Assembly: GCA_038087875.1 (NCBI GenBank)
Contig: JAXLNO010000627.1
Coordinates: 248,001 to 312,000, forward strand
DNA from: Malacoraja senta
Taxonomy: Eukaryota
Length of the DNA stretch: 64,000 nt
Direction of reading: 5' to 3'
The translations under genes were made by a program, and so were the position numbers. Under the pieces are notes generated by a model. The model ran no database searches and was not told where the DNA came from. It worked only from the letters and a program-made list of their open reading frames with translations. Shown here piece by piece: positions 12,793 through 30,709 of the stretch (the first letter of the stretch is position 1; each line of letters begins with the position of its first letter).

Positions 12793-14179
12793 TTATCTAT
12801 GTTTTGTCCCAACCTGAGATCAGATCTGTATATTACGCCGGGGGCACGGGTGACGGCCCAACGCGGGTCTGTTTCTGTTCCCCGTCACGTTGCTCTGTGA
12901 GAGGAACCGCGCCCGGTCCAGAACCCTCGCACCTACTGACTGCAGAGACGTTGTTGAACCGTTGCCGCTCCGAGCAGTGACGGTGTTGCCAACGTGGTGT
13001 GTGGTGAGGATGTCCATCTCTGTGACCGTTCTCTGTGACAAAAGGCAGCATGTGGTCCATTTGGGAATAGTTTGTGAGCTGCAGGACACTGGGGCTGGGG
13101 TTGACCACTGCAGTGAGCTGCAGGAAAGGCAATTGGATGGGATGTTGCGTGGTAACATGTATGTCACAGCAGGATTGGGTTCGGAGTTCAGGTCCCCGCG
13201 GTCACTCATTGTTAGCTGAGTGTAGCTGATTATTCTGCACGTCTCAGATTTCCCGATACTGGCATGTTACAATTCCGTAATTTAACCTTCGTTTAACTGA
13301 GAATGTGTGGTGTTGCAGTTCGTCTGAGATTTGTTGATTTTGGTTCTTGTACGTGCGTGTGCAATCCCGACTTGTGTCTTACAAGTCATGACTGACTTCA
13401 GTGTCTGGTTCTGAATGTTATGTTTCCATAGTCGCTACAGTAATGTAGCTGGTAGCTCTGTGGTCTCACAGCTCAACAACGAGCTTCGATCTTGCACTGC
13501 TTTTTATGATGTCTACGCATTGTGTTCGTGATCGCATCTGTTTCCTCAATTTACTCCGGTTTCCTTCCCCGACCCAACATGTGCAGTTTGGTCGGTAATT
13601 CGCTGCTGTAAGTTACCCGTATTCCGGCGGATGACTAATAGTATCTGAGGTGAATTGGTGTTAATGTCGCTGAATTAATACTGCATGATTCGTGGAAATA
13701 TTGGCTTAACGTTTGACACCTGACCCTGGGAGCCAAAGGACATGTATTTTATACGTTTCTAGCTCCATGCCGCATCCTGGTAAATTATTCTGCCAACCAG
13801 CTTGTGTGTCCAAATGAAACCGGGGACAATCGGGTATTTTAAAACATACATTTTTTGCATCTTTTCCCAGAGCTGTGATATTCTGTTTGACGATTCCACG
13901 TCAATCACCAGTCAGGTTCCAGTTTGAGCATTGTGTGTTGGGTCTGTCAGCACACTACACCTCTGGAGGTTTGCACTGCTGAGAGGAGTTGTGGCGATTA
14001 GGAATGGTTGGGTAGTGGAACAACTTGAATGGGAAACCGTTTATTTGGCAGAGAGCAGGCATTTCCCGTAAGATGCGAGGAGATGGATGGTGATAATAAA
14101 TGTATTGAGACGTCGCGAACGGTTCAGAAATGTCTGCATGAAAGTCTGGAAGAGGAAAGACTTAATTACTCGTAAACCC

Positions 14180-14642
14180 TCGGATCATCCAAAGCATGCT
14201 CACTTCATCAATAACAGTTTGGTACAGCAGTTTAGACACTCACTCCCGTAATAAACTACAGCGCATTGTCAACAAAGCATCCAAAATCATCAGCACTCCC
14301 CTCCCATCAATAGAATCACTCAATCTCAAACGGTCCACGTCAATGGTCAAGAAAATCATTTCTGATCCCTCCCACCCAGCTCACCACATCTTCCACCTGC
14401 TGCCGTCAGGAAGGCGCTACAGCTCACTGCCCGCCAAAACATCACGATTTAAAAACAGTTTCTACCCATATGCAATTCGAACTCTGAACACTCTATGACA
14501 ACATCACATAGCCACCTCGTATGTTGTTGTGTTATATGTTATGTTTGACGGGAATCAGCCTATTGTGTAACATCCTGTACTGAACATGAATTTCACCAGC
14601 TTGACTGTGTGGTCATTAAATAATCTGAATCTGAATCTGAAT
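14180..14642 (+). mobile_element. Rex1/L2-like LINE 3' fragment
   Basis: ORF 14196-14498 (ITVWY, KLQRIVNKASKII, DPSHPAH, LPSGRRY, SFYP); (CTGAAT)n tail. Confidence 0.75.
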
Positions 14643-15119
14643 GTGTAATTGAAAGCACTGATCTAGAAGATTATACACGCACATTTCAAAGCCCGATTGT
14701 TCGGCACAGACACAATGAGCCAAATGGTCCACATACATGTGAGAAGTTTTCTACGAATACACAATTACTGTTCTTGCAACTGGTTAATCGGAGAAGTCTC
14801 GCGTCAGATATGCATACCATATCATGGCCGTCTTCAAAAAGATTTCCCAACTTTCTTCACTTGGTACACATCATCATCAACATTCCCTTCCCCACTACCA
14901 ACAGCTTCCTGAGTCTGTCCATTCACTAATAGGTCGGGTGAAGCTGGGGTAAGCCTTGGGCATAGGGTGGGCTCCTAGCAGGGATTATCTTTCGAACCCG
15001 ATGGTGTACAATCCCAAAGATCTCCAGAGGCGGCATTACCGGCAGATCAGTTGTCATTGAATGTGTGACATTTTATTTTACCGGCCGCACAAACAAACCA
15101 AGAGCAGAGTGGTTGGGGT

Positions 15120-16670
15120 ACAGCTTTATACAATGTTCGCTAACCCACATCTGCGCTTCTGTGGGCACCTCTGGTCGCCACACTGTAGGAATAACTTAAT
15201 TGGTATGTAGAAGGTGGAGAGGAGATTTATACAAATGTTTTCTGCGATGGCAAAGTTTGGTCATGACGGGAGAGTCGATAGACTGAGTTTATTTTCCTTT
15301 CACGAGAAATACAGTGAAGGTCCAACAATTGGATAAATTAAGGGGCATAGACAGGATACATGGTATGAAGCATGCCCCATATGAGAGGGGGCTAAATCCA
15401 GAGGGCATTAGTTTAGATAAAATATTTGGAAGAATCTGATGAGGTCTTTTCTCATTTAGACTCGGAATCTAGGACGTGCTGCTAAAGAGTTTGATGAAGG
15501 CAGGGATACTAAATACATCAAGAGGAACACTTGGCACTCTAAGGCGTGGAGACTATGGGTTCTGTGGGTACATCCCTGTCCCTTTGGCTGTGGTGGGTCA
15601 AATGGCTTGCTTCCGAACTGTGGGAAGCTCTCCCTCTGGGGAACGAACTGGAGATGTTGCGGATGGAAGCGCTGCAAAGTGTATTGACGGAAAATGGGAA
15701 AAGGGAGGTGGAGTGTGCGATTACGGTGGAGACAGAGTGGAGACCGTGGGTCAGGGTGTGGACTGCAGCGTGGCCATACACTGAATACGTTGTACATGGT
15801 GCAGTCAACGTGATTCAGGTTTCGGGACATCTGCTGCATTTTGGCGGAACACTTCTGACTGCAGCACATGCTTCCAAGTTGGGAAGAATTAGATACCAAG
15901 TTGTTCCAATGGTAGGAGTCAGGTGGTGACAGGAAATGGTTTAAAACAAAACATAGATCATAGAACAGTACAGCACAAAACAGGCCATTCGGTCCACAAT
16001 GTCTGTGTCGAACAGGATGCCAAGGGCAACTCCTATCTGCCTGCGCATAACCCATGTCCCTCCATTCTCTGCAAGTCTATTGGCATATTCAAAAGTCTCT
16101 GAAACACCACAATCCTACCTGGCCCAAAACCCATCACAAACCCCCACCCTGGCAGCGCGTTCCAGGCACTCAGCCTTTGTGTATAAAACATGCCACTAAC
16201 ATCTCCCTTAAGCTTTGCCCTTCTTAAAGCTCTTTCCTCTAGTATTTGATTTTTCTATCCTGGAAAAAAGGTTCCTGTTTTCTATTCTTCCGTCAGGTCG
16301 CCCCGCAACCTTTAGCGTTCCAGAAAAAAAGCAATCCAATTCTCTCCAACTGCTCCCTGTAGCCAATACCCCATAATCTGGACATCATTCTTGTAACCTT
16401 TGCACCCTCTCTAAAACCTTCACATCCTTCCTGTAATGGGGCGACCAGAACTGCACGTAATTCCCCAAATGCTGTCCAAAGTCCTTTAGCGCTGCTCCAC
16501 GATGCCCTGATTCTTATGCTGAATGTGGTGACCAATGTCGGCAAATATGCCACGTGCCTCATTTACCACGGTATCTACATGTGTTGCTACTTTCAGGGAG
16601 TGCTGGACTTGGACCGCAAGGTACCTCCGTGAATCACTGCTGATAATGGTCGTGCCATTCATTGTATATG
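15120..16670. mobile_element. Old, degenerate CR1 fragments in both orientations
   Basis: Residual CR1 RT/3' motifs, e.g. the reverse complement of CAGTTCTGGTCGCCCCATTACAGGAAGGATGTG at ~16420-16452. Confidence 0.55.
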
Positions 16671-16984
16671 GTGGGTGAAGGTGCAGTTGGATTGTGTCGT
16701 GTGAAGGAAGTTCAACACTGGCAAGGATAAATGTGCGGTGGCTACTGGGCAGAGTGAATAGGCAGTGGGAATAGCAGGTAAATTGTGGGGTAAAGAAGCC
16801 TGTGAATATTACTTTGAAATAATTCGTACATCTGCAGGACTGGAAGCTGTGGACCGATTTCAAATTGAACTGTACTGCCCCAGTTACAGGCTTTGGTCTT
16901 CACAAACTGTGGTTGGCGGTTGTGTTTATTGACCCAATGTTGGATAGGTATATGGGTAGGAAGGGTTTAGAAGGATCAGAGCCA

Positions 16985-19900
16985 AACATGTGTGGCTGAG
17001 GAACTGGTGCAGGGGGCAGGGATTTAGATTCTTAGATCACTGGGATCTGTTTTGGAGTAAGGGGGAACTGTACAAAACGGACGGATTGCATCTTAACAGG
17101 TGGGGGACCAGCATTCTGGCAGGCAGGTTTGCCACTGCTACACGGGTCGTTTTAAACTGAATAAGTGGGGTGGGGTGTCAAATGGGATAGTCGAGGACGG
17201 AGTTAAAGGGAAAGAGAGTAATGGGATGGTTAATGACCCCAGAATAAACGGGAAATGAAGCTCACAAAGGGATAGGAGAGTATGGCCAAGTGTAATTGGG
17301 ATCGATGTGAATGGTGAGATGTGTAAGGAATTAAAAGTATTGTATATGAATGCGCGAAGTATAAGAAATAAAGTAGATGAGCTTGAGGCTCAGTTAGAGG
17401 TTGGTAGATATGACATTGTGGGGATTACTGAGACGCGGCTGCAGGAAGATCGAGCGTGGGAACTTAATATTCAGGGTTAAACATCCTATAGAAAGGATAG
17501 GCAGGTGGGCAGAGGAGGGGGGTAGCTCTGCCGGTGAGGGATGGAATTCAGTCCCTTGCGAGGGAAGACATAGAGACTGACGAGGTAGAGTCACTGTGGA
17601 TTGAGTTGAGGAATTCTAAAGGCAAGAAGACACTAATTGGTGTTATCTACAGACCCCCAAATAGTAGCCCGGGTGTAGGGTGTAAGTTGCAGCAGGAGTT
17701 AAAACTGGCATGTAACAAAGGTAATGCCACTGTGGTGATGGGGGATTTCAATATGCAGGTAGACTGGGAAAATCAGGTTGGTTCAGGACCCCAAGAAAGA
17801 GAATTTGCAGAATCCCTCCCAGATGGATTCTTAGAGCAGCTTGTAATGGAGCCGACCAGAGAAAAGGCAATTCTGGATTTAGTGTTGTCCAGTGAACCAG
17901 ATATGATGAGAACTCGAGGTAAAGGAACCAATTGGAGGTAGTGAACATAATATGATTAGTTTTAATCTGCAATTTGAGAAGGAGAAGGTGAAATCGGAAG
18001 TGTCAGTGATGCAGTTGAACAAAGGGGACTATGAAGGCATGAGAGGGGATCTGGCCAAGGTAGACTGGAAAGGGATCCTAGCAGGAATGACAGTGGAACA
18101 GCAATGGCAGGATTTTTTTGTGCACAATCCGGAAGACGCAGGATCATTTTATTCCAAAAAGGAAGAAAGGTTCTAAGGGGAGTAGGAGGCAACCGTGGCT
18201 GACAAGAGAAGTTAGGGATAGAATAAAACTAAAATAAAAGATGTATAACACAGCAAAGAGTAGCCGGAAGCCAGAGGATTGGGAAACTTTCATAGGACAA
18301 CATAAGGAAACAAAACGGGCAATACGGGCTGAAAAGATGAAGTACGAAGGGAAGCTGGCCAGGATTATAAAGAAGGACAGTAAAAGCTTCTTTAGATACG
18401 TTAAGGGAAAAAGAGTAGCAAAGTCAAATGTGGGTCCCTTGAAGGCAGACACGGGTGAAATTATTATGGGCAACAAAAATGGCAGAAGAGTTGAATACGT
18501 ACTTCGGATCTGTCTTCACTAAGGAAGACACAAACAATCTCCCAGATGTACTGGAGGACAGAGGATCTAAGGGGGTAGGGGATCTGAAAGAAATTTTCAT
18601 TAGGTGAGAAATAGTATTGGGTAGGCTAATGGGACTGAAGGATGATAAATCCCAGGGTCCTCAGGGAGGTGGCTCTAGAAATAGTGAACACATTGGTGAT
18701 CATTTCCCAATGTTCAATAGATTCAGTTCCTGTGGATTGGAGGATAGCTAATGTTATCCCACTTTTCAAGAAAGGAGCGAGAGAGAAAACGGGGAATTAC
18801 AGACCAGTTAGCCTGACTTCGGTGGTGGGAAAGATGTTGGAGTCAATTATTAAAGAGGTAATAATGGGGCATTTGGATAGCAGTAAAAGGATTAGTCCAA
18901 GTCAACATGGATTTATGAAAGGGAGATCATGCTTGACTAATCTTCTGGAATTTTTTGAGTATGTGACAAGTAAAATGGATGAAGGGGTGCTAGTGGATGT
19001 ACTGTATCTAGACTTTCAGAAAGCCTTTGATAAGCTCCCGCACGGGAGACTGGTGACTAAAATTAGAGCACATGGTATTTGAGGTAGGGTGTTGACATGG
19101 ATAGAAAATTGGTTGGCAGACCGGAAGCACAGAGTAGGAATGAACGGGTCCTTTTCAGAATGGCAGGCAGTGGCGAGTGGAGTGCCGCAAGGCTCGGTGT
19201 TGGGGCCGCAACTGTTTACCATATATATTAATGATTTGGAAGAGGGAATTAGGAGCAGCACTAGCAAGTTTGTGGATGACACAAAGCTGGGTGGCAGTGT
19301 GAACTGTGAAGAGGATGTTAGGAGGTTGCAGGGTGACCTGGACAGGTTGAGTGAGTGGGCAGATGCGTGGCAGATGCAGCATAATATAGTTAAATGTGAG
19401 GTTATCCACTTTGGCGGCAAAAACAAGGGGGCAGATTATTATCTCAAAGGGGTTAGGTTAGGTAAGTGGGAGGTGCAGCGAGACTTGGGCGTCCTTGTAC
19501 ACCGGTCACTGAAAGTTGGCTTACAGGTACAGCAGGCAGTGAAGAAAACTAATGGAATTTTGGCCTTCATAACAAGAGGATTTCAGTATAGGAGTAAAGA
19601 GGTTCTTCTGCAGTTGTATAGGGCTCTGGTGAGACCACATCTTGAGTATTGTGTACAGTTTTGGTCTCCTAATTTGAGGAAGGACATCCTTGTGATTGAG
19701 GCAGTGCAGCGTAGGTTCTCGAGATTGATCCCTGGGATGGCGGGACTGTCATATGAGGAAAGATTGAAAAGACTAGGTTTGTATTCACTGGAGTTTAGAA
19801 GGATGAGGGGAATCTTATAGAAACATATAAAATTATAAAAGGACTGTACAAGTTAGATGCAGGAAAAATGTTCCCAACGTTGGGCGAGTCCAGAAGCAGG

Positions 19901-20206
19901 GGCCACAGACTTAGAATAAAGGGGATGTCATTTGAGACTGAGGTGAGAAAAAAGTTTTCACCCAGAGAGTTGTGAATGTATGGAATTCCCTGCCACAGAG
20001 GGCAGTGGAGGCCAAATCACTGGATGGATTTAAGAGGGAGTTAGATAGAGCTCTAGGGGCTAGTGGGGTAAAGGGATATGGGGAAAAGGCAGGTACGGGT
20101 TATTGATAGGGTACGATCAGCCATGATCACAATGAATGGCGGTGCTGGCTCGAAGGGCCGAATGGCCTCTTCCTGCACCTATTTTCTATGTTTCTATGTT
20201 TCTATG
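16985..20206 (+). mobile_element. Large CR1 LINE: end of ORF1 esterase plus ORF2 APE-RT, disrupted
   Basis: WCRGQGFRFLDHW..DGLHLN at ~17000-17160; [42 protein letters not shown]; (TTTCTATG)n tail. Confidence 0.9.
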
Positions 20207-20275
20207 CGCTGTTGGAACAAGAGTAGATGGGGCATGGGCAAGATGGGCCGAAGAGCCTGAATGACGCGACCTCTC

Positions 20276-20948
20276 TCTTCTTCTTCTGTCGTGTGTCTTT
20301 TAGACCTGCAGCTCCGTTGAGGCAAGCCAGGCCAACGTGTCATCGTCCAGGTCAATCAGACCTCGTTCAACATTCGATGGCCGGTGTTTGGGGCAACTGG
20401 TGACTATGTGCTCCACTGTCTGTGTTGTGTCCCCACACTCGCAGGAGGCACTCGCTGTCCACGAGGCCCCACCTCTTCATCGCTACTCCATAGCGTCCGA
20501 TGCCTGTCCTCAAGCAGTTGTCCTCAGGAGTCCACTGCTTTCGGGGCAGGTCCTGGCCTGGGACGTCCATGGGGTCATCGATGTAATGATGTAGCCTAGA
20601 TGGTTCCGCTGACTTCCACTGGTCTCTCCAGCCCGTCTTGACCCAGGCAGCCTTAGTAGCGTCAGCCGGTGTTGTGCAGAGCAGCTCTTGGGCTTGCGTG
20701 GCAAAGGGTTGCCGTGATTTGAGGCGCACTCGTCGTGGTGTCTCTGTGACGTTCTGATGGAGGAGGTGGGATTCACTGGTCTGTGCCTTTCGAGAGAGGG
20801 CCAGCGTGGCTGCTTCTTGTCTGATGTTGGCTGGGGCGATGCCAGCGAGGACGGGCAGTTGGTTTACTGGGGTGGCTCGTAGGCATCCGGAGACAGTCCG
20901 CAGGGTGCTGTTGAGGGCAGCGTCCAGCTTCTTGGCGTGAGGGCTCTA
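20276..20948 (-). mobile_element. Vingi/Ingi-like LINE 3' fragment
   Basis: C-terminal peptides RLKSRQPF, LRTGIGR..MKRWGL and CG..QTVEHIV..CP; (GAA)n tail on the minus strand. Confidence 0.65.
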
Positions 20949-21391
20949 TGCATTGTGCTCCAATAACGACAGTTATCCTTCGGTAAGAAGGACATACGGT
21001 CTATCTAGTTTTGCCATTCCCAAAGAGGAACCTCGGCGACCTTCTGATTTACTTTAACCCTGCAGGTTATTCTCCCACACTAATCCATACACTGCCACCG
21101 GCACACTTGTCATCTGCATTGCGAAGTCAATTAGAGCACCCAGCGAACAAACGGAGTGATCTCTCGATTGGATAAGTAATCGGCAGACAACCAGATTCAG
21201 AGGAGCGGATCCAACCCGGATCCCGTGAGCTGTGTGTGCCACGTATCTTTTCATTATCTAACTGATGATATGACTTGTATTTTCATTTATTTTTTAAGCT
21301 CAGTAGTAAATGTCACTCGGAAATCCTTTCAGTTCAGGGTATTCTTTGTAAACGCCACATACTGTAACATCCTTCGTTTGTTCTTTCGCAG

Positions 21392-22290
21392 TTAACTTGG
21401 TGACGATTGTGATCCTGTCCCGGGGAAAGTGCGGTCTCTCCAAATGCATCACTCGCTATCTGCTGGGAATGGCAGCGGCCGACCTCATCGTCCTCATTAT
21501 TGACGTCATAATAAGGTCCATTGTTGGAATGTATTTCCCGCTGTCGTTCTTCACCATCACCCCCGTGTGCTCCGTCAACTGGGCCCTGGGCTGCGCAGCC
21601 ACAACAATCTCTGTCTGGTTCACCGTGGGTTTCACGTTCGATCGGTTTGTGGCCATTTGTTGTCAGAAGCTGAAAACAAAATATTGCACCAAGCGAACGG
21701 CGAATGTTGTTATCGGAACGGTAATTGTTCTAAGCTGTTTAATAAACGTACCGTTGTATTTTACATTCGAATCAGTATATATTACCGATAATAAACCCAG
21801 AGGGTGTGCCTGGACACAGTCATTCTTAACCTCACCTTCATGGACTTCGTTTGAGTTGTTGTACATTACTGTAACTGTTTGTCTCCCGTTCGTTTTGTTT
21901 TTGTTGGTCAATTCACTGACCGCCAGATACATTCTAGTCTCTGGTAGAGTCCGCAGATTGCTCCGGGGCCGCAACAGTGGAGAGAATGGCAAGGATCCGG
22001 AAATGGACAGCCGGAGGAAATCCATCGTTTTACTCTTCAGCATATCTGGCAGTTTCATCGCGTTGTGGAGCACACTGGTTGTATATATTGTGGCTGAGCG
22101 CGTTTTAGGCGCTGAGTATTTCGCGGACGGTGATCTTCCGACAATTTCGTTTATGCTCCAGGTTCTGAGTACCTGCACCAACACGTGTATTTATGTCCTG
22201 ACCCAGAGAATGTTCCGAGAGCAGCTGAAGACCATGGTTACATACCCCGTGAATTTCATTGTGAAATTAATCATATCATTGAAACATTAG
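21392..22290 (+). CDS. GPR139-like: GPR139-like class A GPCR, coding exon 2 (325 aa in total)
   Basis: Polypyrimidine acceptor TTCGTTTGTTCTTTCGCAG; open ORF with hydrophobic TM segments; MAAADL (TM2), FTFDRFVAICC (DRY variant), NTCIY (NPxxY variant). Confidence 0.9.
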
Positions 22291-22425
22291 TATTCCCAGT
22301 CTAGTTATAAATATAGTGGAACATTGAACAGATGTATACAACTTACACCGATGTTTTCACGAGTTATCCGGGTGTGCGAATTATATAACTCAGTAGCTGC
22401 CGTATACAACCAAGCGTTCACATGA

Positions 22426-22431
22426 AATAAA
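22426..22431 (+). terminator. Candidate polyadenylation signal of the GPCR gene (second AATAAA at 22582)
   Basis: AATAAA 136 bp after the stop codon. Confidence 0.4.
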
Positions 22432-23722
22432 TCAGCGTCTGCAGTTCCTTTCTACACAATATCATCTCAATATTGTCCGAGTGCAGTAATACTAGATATT
22501 GTAAGTCACGGGATAACAGCGCGCTGTCACACCACCTTGTGCGTGAATCACACAGGAAACAGGTTGTTCATAGTGACCAGAAATAAACTATTCTATCACT
22601 TCCAATAACTGTATCCTTGTCGCTGGGTGTCCGATGGGTGGGTGGAATGGTGGTGGGGACCGGGTTCTCAAAGGGAATATAAAATGTTCGTATCCCCTGG
22701 AGCGTCTGCATATATGAGAATAATTAGTATCTATATGGATGTTAATAATGAGCATTTGTATGGACACAGGTGACACAACCTCATCACAGCTGAGGTCACC
22801 CTTCCCTCTGGGGAGGAGGCAGTGGTGATCGGCTCTCTCTCAGATGTGGGCAGCAATGATTCCTCATTCCTCAACGTTGGTCGACGTTGAAATTGGTCTA
22901 TGTGGAGAATCTGTGATTTGTGAAATGATCGTTTTAAGTTTCCCCCCTTCGATACCGGCGAACAAACTGGCCCCGTGACTGGCGACAATGTCACGAACAC
23001 ATTGAGCCGAGCCCCCCCCCCCCCCCAAAATCGGACAGCCTCTCTGGAGAGAGGAACAGGAATAATCCTTCAGATCGACAGTCCGTGTCTGTTACAAGGA
23101 CAGATCGGATTCAGTCAAGTGGACACGGTGAAGTTATTCTTGTCACAAGAGAGCAGGTGAATTATGTTAAACGGAAGGACTGAACAGCCCATGCGTGTTT
23201 TCGCCATATAATCGTAGAGTCACACAACATGGAAACAGGCCATTCTGCCCAACTTCCCCCATTCCGTACAAAATGCTCTACCTACACTAGTCCCCCCTGC
23301 TCACGTTTGTCCCATATTCCCCCCAAAACCATTCCTATCCTTGTTCCCGTCAAACTGTAATTTGAATGTTCTTATAGTGCCTGCCTCAACTATATCCTCT
23401 CGCAACTCGTTCCATCGAAACAACACTCTCTGTATGGAAAGATCGCCATCAGGTTCCTCATATTCTTTGGTTGTTGTTACCGCTGCAATAAACTAATTGG
23501 CATTCACCTTATCCTCTTGTGATTTTATTCACCTCTGTAAGATCACCGCTCAGGCACTTGCGTTTCAGGGAATAAATTCCAAGACTGCCCTTCCTCTGCC
23601 TGTAGCTCAGGCCTTCAAGTCCGGGCAGCATGATCTGCACTCGTTACAGTTTAGTGGCAAGCTTGATAGAGCTGGGTGACCACAATTGAATACAGTAATT
23701 CAAATGCCACCTCGCCAACTTC

Positions 23723-24080
23723 TTGTACTGCGTTCATTGGCTCCCTGTGAGATCCAGGATAGACTATAAAGTCCTCCTTCTTGTCTATAAAGCCCTAAAT
23801 GGTTTAGGAGCATCATATTTTACAATGTCCCTTCTTCCCTATGCCCCTACTCGAGCGCTCAGGTCTTCTGATGCCGGCCTGTTTGCCACACAATGCCGCA
23901 ACAATAAGAACATTGGTGGAGCAGCCTTTTTCAATTACGCCCCCAAGCTGTGGAATACCCGACCCAGAGCTATGAGAGACGCCCACTCAGTTGACATTTT
24001 TAAACGGCAGCTAAAATCTTTTTACTCAAGCGTTTAACTGACTTTACTTCCTTTGTCCTTTTACACTCTCAATTATATAT
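23723..24080 (+). mobile_element. L2-type LINE 3' fragment
   Basis: HWLPVRSRIDYKVLLLVYKALNGL..RALRSSD..APKLWN. Confidence 0.8.
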
Positions 24081-24084
24081 TTTA

Positions 24085-27790
<3,706 letters not shown>

Positions 27791-28359
27791 TGTTGTTACA
27801 AAACCCTACCATCAGTGGTTCTCCAGATCTTCCCACTGCATGTGCATGCGATTCCAGAGGCTTTTGAGGGGGGGAGGATTAAAATGCAGGTTTGTATTGG
27901 TTGTCGGAGAGGAATTTGCTCGGACTTCAAGCTGATGAAGAAAAATCGATCTGCGATCCCGTCCCCGTTTCAAAAAAGAAAGTTGCTGATCGATTGCTTC
28001 GCTGGATTGAAGTTAAACGCGACTTCTAACGCCGTCAACGCATTCAACATCACGGATCGCAAGTGCAGGACAAAACAAAAGGTATGCCGTTAATTTGACA
28101 TCTTTTCTTGCTTTTTGGTGTGGTTTCATTTTAATCTGATGATGCGAAAAATGTTATTTAGGACCCTGTGTCTTGCCTGCCGATAGGGGCTTAAATCATA
28201 AGTTTTGCGGCCACATTCCGATCGATCACAATCGAGAAACAGCCACTCTCAAGATAATCAAATTCTTTTTTTTTTTGCACAATCATATCAAAAGAACCTA
28301 AATATTCTATATTTTGTATTATGGTCTATCCATGATTAATATTTTCATACTAAATATCT

Positions 28360-28559
28360 NNNNNNNNNNNNNNNNNNNNNNNNNNNNNNNNNNNNNNNNN
28401 NNNNNNNNNNNNNNNNNNNNNNNNNNNNNNNNNNNNNNNNNNNNNNNNNNNNNNNNNNNNNNNNNNNNNNNNNNNNNNNNNNNNNNNNNNNNNNNNNNNN
28501 NNNNNNNNNNNNNNNNNNNNNNNNNNNNNNNNNNNNNNNNNNNNNNNNNNNNNNNNNNN
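28360..28559. other. Assembly gap (200 N)
   Basis: Run of N. Confidence 1.
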
Positions 28560-29639
28560 TGGGGCCTTTCATCGCCCAGCGCGGTTTAAAACAGGCAGCA
28601 GGATCTTCCATCGCCCGGCGGGGGCTTCAACATCTGGAGCCTCGATCGCATCCACGCAGCAATTTGACCGCGGGGCGATGAAAGATCCCGCGGCCCGATG
28701 ACAAGCGATGAAAGGCCCCGCAAACGTGTCGATTCAAGCTCCGCTCTATGATCTTTGCTCCACCAGGACATCTCCCTCCTCCAATCACCGCACTCTATCC
28801 TCAGTCCCACCCCCCTACTTCCGCCTCTGACCGACACCTCCCTCCTCCAATCATCGCGCTGAATCATCATGGTCCCCCCCACTGCCTGTTGACCGACGTC
28901 TCTCTCGCCCTCCCTCGATCATCAGTCCCACCCCCACCCCCACTGTCTCACCGAAAGCGGAGATTTTTAATAGTTGTCTCCCCCTCTTTTAAAGTACTTA
29001 CCGTACACTGTGCTTTAGCCGTCTTAATTACAGCGCCAACCTTCCTGTTCATCGCGGTGTGTATCGCCTTGGCTTTGCACCGTGGACATTTTTTAGACAG
29101 CGCCCACCCCCCCCCCCCCCCCCCCGCTTGCCCTGGCCCCTGCCTTTGCGATGTGTGTGTGTGTGTGTGTGTGTTCCACTCTGACAGTCACCGTTCCAGT
29201 TTCTGGTGTTTCAGGCGAGTGTCTGCTGTAAAACCGCCACAGTGGGACAGGCCTGTTAGTCTGGTTCATCCACTGGGTCAACTGAACTCTTTTATTCTCA
29301 ATCACAAACACACTCCCTGTACGATACCTAACCAACACTGTGGGTCCGATCCTTGTCTCTACACGTCCAAACCCTTCAGCCTCGTGTGAATAGACATCTC
29401 CAGACGGTCGGCACAGTCCCAAGTGCACTCCCAGAAGATCGACTCAGACTCATGTGCTCTTCCCTCTTATATATTGTATCGGACCTGTGGTGCAAAATAC
29501 ATGGGGGGGGGGGGGCAACCCCTACAAGCCAATCATCAATAAAGATCACACAATACATTAATTGACAGTTCCCGAACCCAATCACAGAATATCCCATTAC
29601 ATTATTTCCACATAAAGTTCTAGTTGGAAGACAGTTCTT

Positions 29640-30664
29640 TTGTTTGTTGATTTGAGCTCTGCATTCACCATTGTGCCACACTCCAAACTTTCCAAGTTGA
29701 CTGTGCCTGAACCCCTCTGTCGGTGGATCACCAGCTCCTGACAGACAGGAAGCAGCATGTGAGGCTGTGAAAGCACATCTCGGACCCGCAAGACCTCAGC
29801 ATAGGAGCACCACAAGGCTGCGTACTCTCCCCTCTCCTCTACTCTCTCTACACCAATGACTGCACCTCCCTGACTCCTCTGTCAAGCTTCTCAAGTTTGC
29901 AGACGACACAACCCTGATTGGACTGATCCAGGATGGGGAGGAATCTGCCTACAGACTGGAAGTGACACAGCTGGCGTCCTGGTGCTATCGCAACAACCTG
30001 AAGCTCAATGCTCTTAAGACAGTGGAATTGATTGTAGACTTTAGGAGAACTCCCCCACTCACCATCATTAACACCACAGTCACATCTGTGGAATCTTTTA
30101 AGTTCCTGGGAACCATCATCTCCAAGGAGCTTAAGTGGGGGGCTACCATCGACTCCAGTGTCAAAAAGGCCCAACAGAGGATGTACTTCCTACGGCAGTT
30201 GAGGAAGCACAATCTGCCACAGCCAATGATGGTCCAATTCTATACGGCCATCGTAGAGTCTGTCCTCACCTTCTCCATCATGGTCTGGTTTGGCTCAGCC
30301 ATCCGGAGGCTGCAGCGAATCGTCCGATCATCCGAGCCGGTTGTTGGCTGCAACCTTCCCTCCATTGACGAACTGCACACTGCAAGGGCCAGGAAGCGAG
30401 TGGGTAAGATCATCTCTGACCCCTCTCACCCTGGCCACAAACACTTTGAATCACTTCCCTCAATAACCAAAAATCTGTCGTCTCCTTTTGCTCTGGTATT
30501 TTATTTAATTCACACGTTTAATCAATGTTTTATTATTAATGTTTAATGTTTTATGTGTCATTCCTAACTGTCACTGTATGTCATGTTGTCACGTTGGCAG
30601 AGCACCAAGGCAAATTCCTTGTATGTGAATACTTGGTCAATAAATGTATTCATTCATTCATTCA
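29640..30664 (+). mobile_element. Rex1-type LINE 3' fragment, same family as 3820-4939
   Basis: KFADD region; ORF 29962-30546 (FKFLGTII, KAQQRMYFLR); (ATTC)n tail. Confidence 0.85.
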
Positions 30665-30709
30665 TGTGGGCTCCCCTCTTTTAGACGCTCATGGACCCTT
30701 GGCGCGAAA

